Assembly (NCBI GenBank): GCA_945888325.1
Contig: CAMDAC010000013.1
Coordinates: forward strand, 3,520 to 67,519
Direction of reading: 5' to 3'
Source: Candidatus Sulfopaludibacter sp. SbA3
GTDB lineage: Bacteria > Pseudomonadota > Alphaproteobacteria > Caulobacterales > Hyphomonadaceae
Length of the DNA stretch: 64,000 bases
Within the stretch, counting starts at the first letter, position 1, and every line of letters begins with the position of its first letter. Positions 40,672 to 49,564 of the stretch are shown here, in pieces. The position numbers were made by a program, and so were the translations under genes. A model generated the notes under the pieces. The model did no database searches. It was not told where the DNA came from and saw nothing but the letters and a program-made list of their open reading frames with translations.

Positions 40672-42522
40672 TCAGCTCAGCTGCAATTCCACCAGCCGTT
40701 TGTACACGCCGCCCTGCGCCATCAGGCTCTCGTGCGTGCCCTCTTCCACCGCGCGGCCATCTTCCATCACGATGATGCGGTCAGCGGCGCGCACGGTAGA
40801 GAGGCGGTGCGCGATGATCAGGACTGTCCGTGTACGGGCGAACTGGTTCAGCGCATCCTGCACCTTCGCTTCGCTTTCGGCGTCCAGCGCGGAGGTCGCC
40901 TCGTCGAGCAGCAGGATCGGCGCATTGCGCAGGATCGCGCGGGCGAGTGCGATGCGCTGGCGCTGGCCGCCGGAGAGGTTGCGCCCCATCTCGCCTGCCG
41001 GGGCATCGTAGCTGCCGGGCAGCGCGAGGATGAACTCATGCGCGTTGGCGGACCGGGCCGCCGCCTCCACCGCTGCACGCGGCGCGCCGAGGCGGCCGAG
41101 CGCGATGTTGTTGGCGATGGTATCGTCAAACAGCGCCGCATCCTGCGAGACCAGCGCCACATTGCTGCGCAGGCTGCCGCCGACGACATCGCGCACATCC
41201 AGCCGGTCGATCAGCACTGCGCCGGAGGTCACGTCGTAGAGGCGCATGAGCAGGTTGAAGACCGTGGACTTGCCCGCGCCGGACGCGCCGACGAAGGCGA
41301 CCGTATCGCCGGGCTGGGTGGTGAAGGTGAGACCTTTCAGCGCCTGCGTGCCATCCGGATAGGCAAAGTGGACATCGCGGAATTCCACCGCGCCGGCGAC
41401 GCCGTTCATCTTCAGCGCGCCCGGCTTGTCCGCCACCTGCTGCGCGGCATCGACGATCTCGAACACGCGGTCGGCCGCAGCCGCGCCTTCCTGCGCCACG
41501 GCGCTGATCGAGCCGAGCGCGCGCACTTCCGGCGCCGCGACCGCCACGGCGCCTATGACACCCAGCAGATCGCCCAGTGTGTTCTCGCCCTGCGAAATCC
41601 GCCACGCGACAAAACCAAGCAGCGCGGCGAGCGCAAGGCCGCCGAACACTTCGAGCACAGGATCTACGCCCGCGCGCTTCGACAGCACCTTCAGGAACAG
41701 GCGCGAACGCTGCACGAAGCCTTGCTTCGCGCGCTCCTTCTGCCAGGTCTCGAGGCCGTAGGCCTTCACGATCCGCGCGGACTGGAAGCCCTCGGAGAGC
41801 AGCGACGTGATCTCGCCGGTCTGCTCCGCCGCCTTCTTCGCGCGCTTGCGCACGGCATTGCCGAGCGAGACAACCGGGCCGAGCGCCAGCGGATAGACGA
41901 CCGCGATGATCAGCGCGAGTTGCCAGTCCTTCCAGAACAGCCAGGCAAGCACGCCGAGAACGGTCGCGAGGCTCTTGGTGAAATTGTTGGCAAAGCGCAG
42001 CGCCGCTTCACGGATCGAGATGATGTCGCTGATGAAGCGCGAGACGAAGCTGCCGGAGGCATCGGCCGAGACGCGGGCAAAGTCGCCATCCGTCAGCGCG
42101 TCATACTGGACCGTCTGCACACTGACGAGGCCGCGCTGCACGCCGGTATTGTTGAGCAGCGTCATGCCGTACATCGACAGCGAGCGGGCGACCGTCAGCA
42201 GGATGATTGCGACAATACCGGTCCAGATCCAGCCCTCGCGCGGCCCGCCGCCCTCGCCGGTCATCTGCAACTGCAGCGAATTGCCGACGAAATCGAGCAC
42301 GGCCACGTAGCCGATGCCCCACAGCGCCGTCAGCAGGGCTAGCGCCGTGCCGCCGATGAACCACGCCTTCTGCGGCCAAAAATGGGCCTTGAACAGCCGC
42401 CAGAGTGACCGCTGCGGCCCGGCCGTTTCAGGCGCCGGGGCGGGCTCAGACGTTATGGGTGTCTCCCGTCGCGGGGTCGAGCAGCCGGTGGGCGTGGAGG
42501 ATGAAATAGCGCGTCTCGGCAT
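40672..42522 (-). CDS. ABC transporter, fused permease/ATPase (MsbA-like exporter); start uncertain
   Basis: Six-TM domain plus NBD with Walker A GASGAGKST, signature LSGGQRQR and Walker B ILLLDEATSALD. The only ATG/GTG/TTG starts (42522, 42561) lie inside the upstream gene. Confidence 0.85.
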   Translation of the reverse strand: MPRRAISSSTPTGCSTPRRETPITSEPAPAPETAGPQRSLWRLFKAHFWPQKAWFIGGTALALLTALWGIGYVAVLDFVGNSLQLQMTGEGGGPREGWIWTGIVAIILLTVARSLSMYGMTLLNNTGVQRGLVSVQTVQYDALTDGDFARVSADASGSFVSRFISDIISIREAALRFANNFTKSLATVLGVLAWLFWKDWQLALIIAVVYPLALGPVVSLGNAVRKRAKKAAEQTGEITSLLSEGFQSARIVKAYGLETWQKERAKQGFVQRSRLFLKVLSKRAGVDPVLEVFGGLALAALLGFVAWRISQGENTLGDLLGVIGAVAVAAPEVRALGSISAVAQEGAAAADRVFEIVDAAQQVADKPGALKMNGVAGAVEFRDVHFAYPDGTQALKGLTFTTQPGDTVAFVGASGAGKSTVFNLLMRLYDVTSGAVLIDRLDVRDVVGGSLRSNVALVSQDAALFDDTIANNIALGRLGAPRAAVEAAARSANAHEFILALPGSYDAPAGEMGRNLSGGQRQRIALARAILRNAPILLLDEATSALDAESEAKVQDALNQFARTRTVLIIAHRLSTVRAADRIIVMEDGRAVEEGTHESLMAQGGVYKRLVELQLS

Positions 42523-43567
42523 GGTCCACGGTGCGGTGGGCCGCTGCCTTCCAGGCGTCATAGGCTTCCTGGTAGTTCGGGTAGGCGCCGACGAAGTCGA
42601 GCTTCGAGAGGTCCTCGAACTCGACGCCGGTCACATCCTTCAGCTCACCGCCGAAGACGATGTGCAGGAGTTGTTTGCCGGACTGATCCTTGGTGGGCAT
42701 CTTTCGGGGCTCCGTTTTCTCGGGCGCAGGCTTTGTCGCGGCCCGCGCCTGCGGGTCCGGGATGCGCACATATCCTGCGCGGCGCACTAACAAAGGATGA
42801 AGCGCGGTTCCAGAGGCGAGGACACTGCGCTGGGCCGGAATCGCCCGGTTGAACACAAGCTGCTCGCCCGCATGGGTGGTCGCCTGCCCGCCTGCCTCGG
42901 TGATCAGCACGGCGCCGGCGGCCAGGTCCCAGTCCGCCTTTTCGGCCAGCACCAGCACGGCGTCCCAGTCCCCAGCGGCCACGAGGGCGAGCCGCAGCAG
43001 GGTTGCGTTCGGTTTCGGCCGGGCCAGATGCACCTCCGGCCAGGGCTCGCGCCAGCCCGGATGGGTAATCATGCCTTCGTTGGTGATCAGGCGGCTGCCG
43101 GCCTCCTGGCCCTGCTTGGAGACGCGGATCGCCGCGCCATTGCGCCGGGCGCCCGCGCCGCGGCGGGCCTCGTAGAAGTGGCCGAGCGCGGGGGCGTAGA
43201 CGACGCCGGCCACCGCTTCGCCGTCTTCGACGATGGCAAGGCCGATGCACCAGTCCGGCGTGCCGTCCATGTAGGCGCGCGTCCCGTCGATCGGGTCGAC
43301 CACCCAGCAGCGCGATTTTTGCCGCGCCTCGGGCTCGTCGAGCGTTTCTTCGGACAGCCAGCCATATTCCGGCCGGGCTGTTTTCAGCGTGGAGGCGCAG
43401 AGCCGGTTGACGGCGAGGTCGGCCTCGGTGACCGGGCTTCCGCCGGTCTTGTTCCAGAATTCCGCGCCGCCCTTGTGCAGGTAGGACATCGCAAGATCGC
43501 CGGCGTCCTGCGCCAGGCGGCAAAGCAGTGCCGCGTCTTCTTCCAGCGTGCGCTCAGCTGCCTGCAA
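42446..43567 (-). CDS. Inositol monophosphatase / CysQ-like domain fused in frame to a DUF4170-like domain
   Basis: 373-aa uninterrupted ORF with a TTG start. IMPase motifs WVVDPIDGT and WDLAAG. The C-terminal 84 aa, from internal ATG 42700 (MPTKDQSGKQLLHIVFGGELKD...YFILHAHRLLDP), look like a complete DUF4170 protein. Confidence 0.8.
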   Translation of the reverse strand: MQAAERTLEEDAALLCRLAQDAGDLAMSYLHKGGAEFWNKTGGSPVTEADLAVNRLCASTLKTARPEYGWLSEETLDEPEARQKSRCWVVDPIDGTRAYMDGTPDWCIGLAIVEDGEAVAGVVYAPALGHFYEARRGAGARRNGAAIRVSKQGQEAGSRLITNEGMITHPGWREPWPEVHLARPKPNATLLRLALVAAGDWDAVLVLAEKADWDLAAGAVLITEAGGQATTHAGEQLVFNRAIPAQRSVLASGTALHPLLVRRAGYVRIPDPQARAATKPAPEKTEPRKMPTKDQSGKQLLHIVFGGELKDVTGVEFEDLSKLDFVGAYPNYQEAYDAWKAAAHRTVDHAETRYFILHAHRLLDPATGDTHNV

Positions 43568-44900
43568 GGTTCATGTCCTCGATGAGGATCGACGGGGCAT
43601 CCCGCGTGCTGCGCAGCTCAAGGTCGGAGGCCGGAACGAGGCGCGCGAACATCGAGGGCAGATCGCCCGCAACGGTGACTTCCGAAACCGGATAGGCAAT
43701 CTCGCCGCCCTCGAACCAGAAGCCTGCGACGCCTACGGAGTAATCGCCGGTGTTGGGATTGATCGAGGGGCCGAACATGTCGGTTACCAGCAGCCCCTTG
43801 CCCGCCGACTTCGCGAGCGCTCCGGGAGACTGCGTGCCGGGACGCAGGTAAATGTTGGAGGTGGACACGCCCGGCGGATCGCCGAAACCGAGACCGGCAA
43901 ATCCGTTCGGCGCGAGTCCCAGCTGGCGCGCTGTGGAGGTGTTGAGCAGCCAGCGCGTCAGGCGGCCGTCTTCGATCAGGTGCGCCTCTTCCACCGGCAG
44001 GCCTTCGCCGTCATGCGCGCGGCTGCCCATGCCCAGCGGGCGGTGCGGATCGTCGGTCAGATAAATGCCCTTGGCGAACACCTGCGTACCCATCTTGTCT
44101 TTCAGGAAGCTGACGCCCCGCGCGACCGAAGGCCCGGAGATCGCGCCGAGGAAAGCGCCCAGCAGGCTGTCGGAGACGCGCCGGTCAAAGATCACGGCGC
44201 CTTTCTGCGTGTCGATCTTGCGGGCCCCGAGACGGGCGATGGTGCGCTCGCCGGCGGTCTTGCCGATTTCCTCCGCAGGCGGACGGTCTTTCGTGAAGCG
44301 GACAGACCAGCTGTCATAGTCGCGCTCCATCTGGCCGTCCTTCTCGGCGACCGCGGAGAGGCCGAGGCTGGTGGACGTGCCGGTCTTCCAGGACTTGAAT
44401 CCATTGGTCGCCGCGACCCAGCGCTCGGACCGGTTCCAGGAAGCCCCGCAGCCCGCCACCGTCTTGATGCCCGGCACCGCCAGCGCGGCAGCTTCAGCGG
44501 CAATCGCTTCACGCTCCAGCACATCGGCGGCGACTTCAGGTTCGCCGGAGAGGTCCATGTCGACATTGCCCGGGGCCAGTTCGCCGCGGTCCGGAAGCCC
44601 GCAATACTTGTCTTCCGGAACCACCCGCGCCATCGCCACGCAGCGCTCGGTCAGCGCCTTCATCCCGTCGGGTGAAAGGTCTGCGCCGGAGACGCTGGCC
44701 TGCCGCTTGCCGAAGAAACAGCGCAGCGCCACGCTGGCGCTTTCCTCACGCTCGATGCTTTCCAGCTTGCCGTCGCGCACGGAGACACTGACGCCGTCTG
44801 CCACGCCGATCCGGGCGTCTGCCGCGCTGGCGCCTGCCTTGAGGCAATTTTCGAGAAGTCCGGCCAGAAGTTCTGCCGGAGGAACGTTGAAACCTGTCAT
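43554..44900 (-). CDS. pmbA: Metalloprotease PmbA/TldE
   Basis: 448 aa. PmbA_TldD family without the HExxxH motif, as expected for the PmbA partner. Confidence 0.9.
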   Translation of the reverse strand: MTGFNVPPAELLAGLLENCLKAGASAADARIGVADGVSVSVRDGKLESIEREESASVALRCFFGKRQASVSGADLSPDGMKALTERCVAMARVVPEDKYCGLPDRGELAPGNVDMDLSGEPEVAADVLEREAIAAEAAALAVPGIKTVAGCGASWNRSERWVAATNGFKSWKTGTSTSLGLSAVAEKDGQMERDYDSWSVRFTKDRPPAEEIGKTAGERTIARLGARKIDTQKGAVIFDRRVSDSLLGAFLGAISGPSVARGVSFLKDKMGTQVFAKGIYLTDDPHRPLGMGSRAHDGEGLPVEEAHLIEDGRLTRWLLNTSTARQLGLAPNGFAGLGFGDPPGVSTSNIYLRPGTQSPGALAKSAGKGLLVTDMFGPSINPNTGDYSVGVAGFWFEGGEIAYPVSEVTVAGDLPSMFARLVPASDLELRSTRDAPSILIEDMNLAGS

Positions 44901-44945
44901 GTGCGCTAAATGGACCGCGCTGCGGCGGCGCGCAACAGCGTAGCG

Positions 44946-45332
44946 TCAGACGAGCGCGGCGTAGACGACGTAGGCGCCGATGCCGAGCATGCCCAGCCAG
45001 CTGAGTATCATGCCGAACTGGCGCGCCCAGAGGATGGTCGCCGAAAGGCCCAGTGCATGCAGCAGGCGGCCGAGGGTGAACACCCCGCCGACGACGTGGA
45101 TGGCCGAGACCGGAACGGAGAGGAGCGCCAGGACGATCAGCCCCAGCATCGAGGCCGGGATGTACTCCGCGGCGTTGCCGTGGGCGCGGATCCGCAATTC
45201 GAGATCCGGATCGCCGCCCGTGCCGAGCGACACCTTGGTCCGCATCCGGCTGCCGACGACGCGGAAGGACAGCAGGAACAGGAGCAAGATGTTGATGCCG
45301 GTATAAAGCGCGGCAGCTGAAAGTACGGTCAT
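44946..45332 (-). CDS. MAPEG family membrane protein (YecN-like)
   Basis: 128 aa with four TM helices. RAHGNAAEYIP is typical of bacterial MAPEG proteins. Confidence 0.7.
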   Translation of the reverse strand: MTVLSAAALYTGINILLLFLLSFRVVGSRMRTKVSLGTGGDPDLELRIRAHGNAAEYIPASMLGLIVLALLSVPVSAIHVVGGVFTLGRLLHALGLSATILWARQFGMILSWLGMLGIGAYVVYAALV

Positions 45333-45344
45333 TGGTAGTCCCCC

Positions 45345-45378
45345 CGAGAAAAGGCCGCCAGGTTTCCCGGGCGGCCTT
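45345..45378 (-). terminator. Intrinsic terminator after the 91-aa membrane protein gene
   Basis: A 9-bp stem (aaggccgcc / ggcggcctt) with a 10-nt loop. On the minus strand it is followed by UUUUCUC. Confidence 0.5.
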
Positions 45379-45408
45379 GTGTCTTGTTACTCGCCTGAAA
45401 GGCGAAAC

Positions 45409-45684
45409 CTACATGTCGCGGCGTGCGTCCGGCAGGCGGTCGTTGATGTCGTCGCGGATGTCCATCAGCGTGACGATCAGGCCGCAGATGATGCTGGCCG
45501 CAACCCAGCCGCCGAAGCTGAACAAGGCAAAGTCTGCGACCTGGGCCAGCGGGCCCGAAAGGCCGATCAATTCGCCGGTGAATTCACCCTTCTGGTAAAT
45601 GCCAAGGGCGATACCGGCCACAATGATGGCTACGTAGGCCACGTAGACCATGATCCGGAAACTGTTGATGATAATGAACTTCAT
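45409..45684 (-). CDS. Hypothetical small membrane protein (91 aa)
   Basis: ATG start with GGAAGGGGA upstream. Three hydrophobic segments. No family recognised. Confidence 0.45.
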   Translation of the reverse strand: MKFIIINSFRIMVYVAYVAIIVAGIALGIYQKGEFTGELIGLSGPLAQVADFALFSFGGWVAASIICGLIVTLMDIRDDINDRLPDARRDM

Positions 45685-45791
45685 GAGGATCCCCTTCCTG
45701 GTTCCGTCCTGTTCTAGGCCGTGCGCGGATGCGCGTCACGTTAGGCTTTTATGACTGCAGGCTCCGGGCCAAGCCCGCGCCGTCAGTTCGC

Positions 45792-46106
45792 TCATCCTCC
45801 CGTCGCGGCGGCATTGCCGCACACTTCAAGGTCGTTGGTTACCGCCGAGAAGGCAAGCAGATCCTCCACCGGCAGGCCGCTCATGTATTCCACCATGTCC
45901 TGCTTTTCGCGGCCGGCGGCCTGGGCCACCTTCTTGAACAGCTCAGGCGGCAGATTCGCCTCGAGCGCAGTGGCAACGCACGTACAGGTTGCCTCGGCTT
46001 CGCCCTTCTCGATACAGGTTGAAACGAGGGCCTGCTTGTCCGACGGCCCCAGCGCGCTGCACCCGGCCAACGCAGAAAGCGCCGCTGCTACGATGAATAC
46101 CCGCAT
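45792..46106 (-). CDS. Hypothetical lipoprotein (104 aa) with four additional cysteines
   Basis: ATG 46106 with AGGAGGG RBS, within track ORF 45792..46319. Lipobox LSALAGC. No family recognised. Confidence 0.5.
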   Translation of the reverse strand: MRVFIVAAALSALAGCSALGPSDKQALVSTCIEKGEAEATCTCVATALEANLPPELFKKVAQAAGREKQDMVEYMSGLPVEDLLAFSAVTNDLEVCGNAAATGG

Positions 46107-46167
46107 GCCAAGCCCTCCTGACGGTTTCAGCCCGAGTGCTTGCATGATTTCCGGCGGCTGAAAAGCG

Positions 46168-46881
46168 CTATTCCCGGCGCAGGAGAGCGTCCAGCTGCAG
46201 CCCGTTGCCGAGCTGGCGGGCGAAGGCTTCCTTGACGGCGGCGCGGTCATAATCGTCGGCAACCCAATCCAGGAAGGGCTTCCACTGCCCTGCCGGTTTG
46301 CCCGCATTGAAGGCTGCATAAGCCTCGAAAAAGAAGTCTAGGACGCCGGTCTTGCCATGCTTGATGTGCAGGTATTTGCCCGAAAGCTGGTCGACAGCCT
46401 CGGCGAAGGGCACCCGCTCGCGCAGCAGTTTGTAGAGGACGGCCATGATGCCGGCCCGGTCTGCGCCGGATTTGCAGTGCATCAGGGCGGGATATTCGAT
46501 CCGCTCGAACAGGTCCCGGGCCGCGAAGATTGCCTCACGGGTCGGCGGATCTCGGGAAAACACTTGAAAATCTACGAGTCCGATGCCGGCTTTGGCGCAG
46601 GATTCCTTCTCGAGGAGGTAATAGCCCTGCGTGCTGGGGCCCCGAAGGTTCAGGATGGTGCGGATGCCCCGCTCCTTAGCGTGGGCCGCAATCTGGCGCG
46701 GTGAGGGCTGGTTGGACCGCCACATCTCGGGGGAAATCTGGTGCAGGTTGCGGAAGCGGGCGCGCAGGAATCCGTGGTCGCCCCAGGTCAATTCGCGCTG
46801 CGCCCGGGCCCGGCCCTCGGGCGTTGCGAGGTCCGCCGGCACGTGCGCCCGGCGCTTCTTTTTGGACCGCATCTTCACCAT
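46168..46881 (-). CDS. Protein tyrosine / dual-specificity phosphatase family protein
   Basis: ATG 46881 (or 46872) within track ORF 46168..47178. CX5R P-loop HCKSGADRAG. Confidence 0.7.
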   Translation of the reverse strand: MVKMRSKKKRRAHVPADLATPEGRARAQRELTWGDHGFLRARFRNLHQISPEMWRSNQPSPRQIAAHAKERGIRTILNLRGPSTQGYYLLEKESCAKAGIGLVDFQVFSRDPPTREAIFAARDLFERIEYPALMHCKSGADRAGIMAVLYKLLRERVPFAEAVDQLSGKYLHIKHGKTGVLDFFFEAYAAFNAGKPAGQWKPFLDWVADDYDRAAVKEAFARQLGNGLQLDALLRRE

Positions 46882-47064
46882 GGCCCCGCACCTAACGGCC
46901 ATCCCGTCTCGGAGCAAGCACAGCCATGCACGCGGAATTCTCGCCTGATTATCATTCTTTATCGAAAATTTCTCATCCCGCCGCATCCAGCGGGGCCCCT
47001 CGCCGCATCTTACGGGCAAGAACACCAGCGATCGTGCTGGAGCAAATCTGAACCGGAGACCCCC

Positions 47065-47436
47065 ATGGAAGCAGTTCTTGTCCCCCTTGTTGTTTTTTCC
47101 GCCCCGGCTGTGATCGTCTGGATCGTCAGTTACTTTAATGCCCGCAAGCGCCTGACCATCCACGAGACGCTGCGCCATGCCATCGACAAGGGCCAGGCCC
47201 TGTCGCCGGATCTGATGGACCGGATGTCGATGGTGACCGACCCGGTGCGTGCCGACCTTCGCCGCGGCGTGTTGTTCCTGGCCTTTGGCGCGGCCTTCGG
47301 TGTCCTCTCCGCCCTGATCGGCTATGAGGAAGCTGAAGCCCTGACCCCGATGCTCGGCGTTGCCACCTTCCCGATCTTCCTGGGTATCGCGTATATCGGC
47401 CTGTGGGCATTCGGCCGTGGCAAGTCAGAGACCTGA
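47065..47436 (+). CDS. Membrane protein, first gene of the ECF sigma operon (possibly DUF6249-like)
   Basis: ATG 47065 within track ORF 46741..47436. 123 aa: an N-terminal TM, the hydrophilic RHAIDKGQALSPDLMDRM segment, then two C-terminal TM helices. Confidence 0.5.
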   Translation: MEAVLVPLVVFSAPAVIVWIVSYFNARKRLTIHETLRHAIDKGQALSPDLMDRMSMVTDPVRADLRRGVLFLAFGAAFGVLSALIGYEEAEALTPMLGVATFPIFLGIAYIGLWAFGRGKSET

Positions 47437-47467
47437 TCTCTGGCTGGTCGCCTCAGGAGGGCGGGAC

Positions 47468-47992
47468 ATGCGCAGCGACCCTGATCTCGCCCACGCCGCC
47501 GCACAAGGCAACGAGGCAGCCTTTGCCGAGCTTGTGCGGCGCCACCAGGGCAAGGTGCGCGGGATGGCCCGCCGCCTGGCCGGCTCCGAAGCGACGGGCG
47601 ACGACATCGCCCAGGTGACATTCCTGACGGCATGGCAGAAAATCTCCACCTATGCCGGCGGAACCTTCAGTGCCTGGATCTGCACCATCTGCTGGCGGGA
47701 ATTCCTGCAATGGCGCCGCCGGCAGAAAATGGAAATCGAGTTCGACGAGACGGCGGAGATCATTCCGTTCGATCGCTCGGCGGACCAGAACGAGATGCGG
47801 ATGGACCTCTCCCGCGCCCTCGAAACCCTCAGCGAAGCCCAGCGTGTCTGTGTGGTGCTGTGTGTCGCGACGGGACTGACCCATCAGGAGGCAGCTGACG
47901 TGACCGGCTGGCCCCTCGGAACCGTAAAGTCACATGTCCAGCGCGGGGTCGCCCTGCTCAGGACCCGTCTTGAAAATGCCAATGTGGCGTGA
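47468..47992 (+). CDS. ECF (sigma-70 family group IV) RNA polymerase sigma factor
   Basis: ATG 47468. Region 2 (FAELVRRHQGKVRGMARRL, DDIAQVTFLTAW) and region 4 (LSEAQRVCVVLCVATGLTHQEAADVTGWPLGTVKSHVQRG). Confidence 0.9.
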   Translation: MRSDPDLAHAAAQGNEAAFAELVRRHQGKVRGMARRLAGSEATGDDIAQVTFLTAWQKISTYAGGTFSAWICTICWREFLQWRRRQKMEIEFDETAEIIPFDRSADQNEMRMDLSRALETLSEAQRVCVVLCVATGLTHQEAADVTGWPLGTVKSHVQRGVALLRTRLENANVA

Positions 47993-48005
47993 TGGAGTGA
48001 TCAAC

Positions 48006-48377
48006 ATGCGTGAACAGGATGCCTACAAGGATCTGTCGGACCTTTTCCGGGTCGAGGACAACGCTCTGCCCGCGGAGCCCTTCACCCGCCAGGTGATGCA
48101 CGGGGTGCGAAAGCAGAAGATGTTGCGCCGCTTCGTGGTCGGAAGCCTCGGTCTCGCCGGCGCCGGCATTGCCGCCCTCCAGCTGCCGGCCCTGCTCGGC
48201 GAATGGGTCGGGATCGACACGACAGTGACGCAGGCCCTGACGACGGCGCCCACCGAACTCAGCGCTGCGGCCGTCAACCAGCTCAGCGCCGCCGCCATGA
48301 GCAACCCGATGTGGCTCGCCATCGCTGCCGGCGCCGCCCTCTGCATCTTCGCGGTATCGGCCTTCGAACGGGCCTAG
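48006..48377 (+). CDS. Putative anti-sigma factor / membrane protein (assigned by position only)
   Basis: 123 aa, beginning 14 nt after the sigma stop. Short cytoplasmic N-terminus and a TM helix. No zinc-binding HxxxCxxC motif. Confidence 0.45.
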   Translation: MREQDAYKDLSDLFRVEDNALPAEPFTRQVMHGVRKQKMLRRFVVGSLGLAGAGIAALQLPALLGEWVGIDTTVTQALTTAPTELSAAAVNQLSAAAMSNPMWLAIAAGAALCIFAVSAFERA

Positions 48378-48402
48378 ACCGGCCGCCTACGGACAAACGA
48401 AA

Positions 48403-48429
48403 CCCCGGCAGCGATGCCGGGGTTTTTTT
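48403..48429 (+). terminator. Intrinsic terminator of the ECF operon
   Basis: ccccggca gcga tgccgggg (8-bp stem, 4-nt loop) followed by seven T. Confidence 0.85.
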
Positions 48430-48621
48430 GGGGGCCGGGCCATACTGTGTACGGATGGGTTTTGGCGCTGGGCGCCTCCTGCTGTGAGCGTGCCCGCGCG
48501 TCATGACACAGAGAGGGTAGACGGAGCGCTGATCGAAGGGGAATGGCTGAAGGTGGCACATTCCTGCCCTAAGGCATCTGAAACGAATTCCTTAGCTGCT
48601 ATGTGCAACTGTATTGGGCTC

Positions 48622-48659
48622 GAAAAATCCGCCCGGTCAGCTGGCCTGACCGGGCGGAT
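48622..48659 (-). terminator. Intrinsic terminator of the CA-like lipoprotein gene
   Basis: A 14-bp stem (atccgcccggtcag / ctgaccgggcggat) with a 5-nt loop. On the minus strand it is followed by UUUUU. Confidence 0.8.
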
Positions 48660-48706
48660 TCTGGACTCTGCCCCTAATGCAATCCATCAGCAGGTCATCG
48701 GAAAAC

Positions 48707-49564
48707 CTATTCGATCGGTGACAGCAATTCCGGCGCCGTAACGAGCTGGCGCACGCCATGCGACTTTGTCTCTTCGAAGACGTTTCCGCTTTCCGCCCAG
48801 CGATGCAGGGAATTGATGTCAAGTTTGGCGCACATTGGCCGCACGCTCCAAGTCACCTGAGCCGGCGAGCACGTAGACTGAGTGTAGCTGGGGCCGGTTG
48901 TCGATCCAAGAAATTCGACCGGCGTACCGGTGTCGCCCGGAATAGACTTGGCTTGCGGACGACCGCCTTCAGCGGGCGCATCATAGGCAAGATCCATGAA
49001 GTCGAGTGCTTCGGAGTCATTCACAAGAAGGAATGTCTGAGCCTCGACGCGCAGCAGAGGATTCTCGCACGTCTGCGGAACACAAGCGCCCAGTCCCGGG
49101 CCGGGAGAGGTTTCGCATGTTGTGTGCACCCAGTGAACCTCGATCGTATCGCCGGATTTCACATTGCCGTATGCGCCCGGCGCGGACGCAAGCTCTTCAG
49201 GCGTCAGGTCAACCGTATCGTTGCAAGCATATCCGCCGTAATCGCTGTCGTTGACGAAGACGGAAAACCCCGGTCCCTTGTGTTCGGCGTTTGTATGTGC
49301 GTGAACGTTACAAAGGTTCATTGCCGCGGCCGGCGGTGCTTTCTCGAAGTGAACCGAATTCAGACCGTACGCGGAGGTAATATCCCTGGGTGTCTGGGGA
49401 CCGGATGAGAGACAAAGGGATGCTTCAGACATCTCCGGTTGAGGCACAGAGGGTTCTCTGAATCCGACAGAGTTTTCGGTCGTTGCTGCACACGCAGTCA
49501 GGATGATCGCTGCACCGGCAACAATTCCGGCTTTCACAGTATGTGTCATTGAGTTGAGCTTCAT
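48707..49564 (-). CDS. Lipoprotein with carbonic-anhydrase-like (alpha/delta-type) zinc-site motifs
   Basis: 285 aa. Lipobox AIILTAC. Motifs QTPRDI, NVHAHTNAEH and IEVHWVH parallel QSPVDI / HFHWG..SEH / ELHLVHW of alpha-CAs. G+C is lower than in neighbouring genes. Confidence 0.5.
   Translation of the reverse strand: MKLNSMTHTVKAGIVAGAAIILTACAATTENSVGFREPSVPQPEMSEASLCLSSGPQTPRDITSAYGLNSVHFEKAPPAAAMNLCNVHAHTNAEHKGPGFSVFVNDSDYGGYACNDTVDLTPEELASAPGAYGNVKSGDTIEVHWVHTTCETSPGPGLGACVPQTCENPLLRVEAQTFLLVNDSEALDFMDLAYDAPAEGGRPQAKSIPGDTGTPVEFLGSTTGPSYTQSTCSPAQVTWSVRPMCAKLDINSLHRWAESGNVFEETKSHGVRQLVTAPELLSPIE

Noticed and set aside
31034-44900. TldD and PmbA as a microcin/toxin maturation system.
   Set aside because: The two genes are 11 kb apart. 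Neither is next to a small precursor peptide, immunity gene or export gene. Both are common housekeeping genes in Alphaproteobacteria.
48484-48741. An 85-aa plus-strand ORF between the ECF operon and the CA-like gene.
   Set aside because: It reads straight through the terminator hairpin of the convergent gene and into that gene's 3' end. No RBS and no recognisable family.
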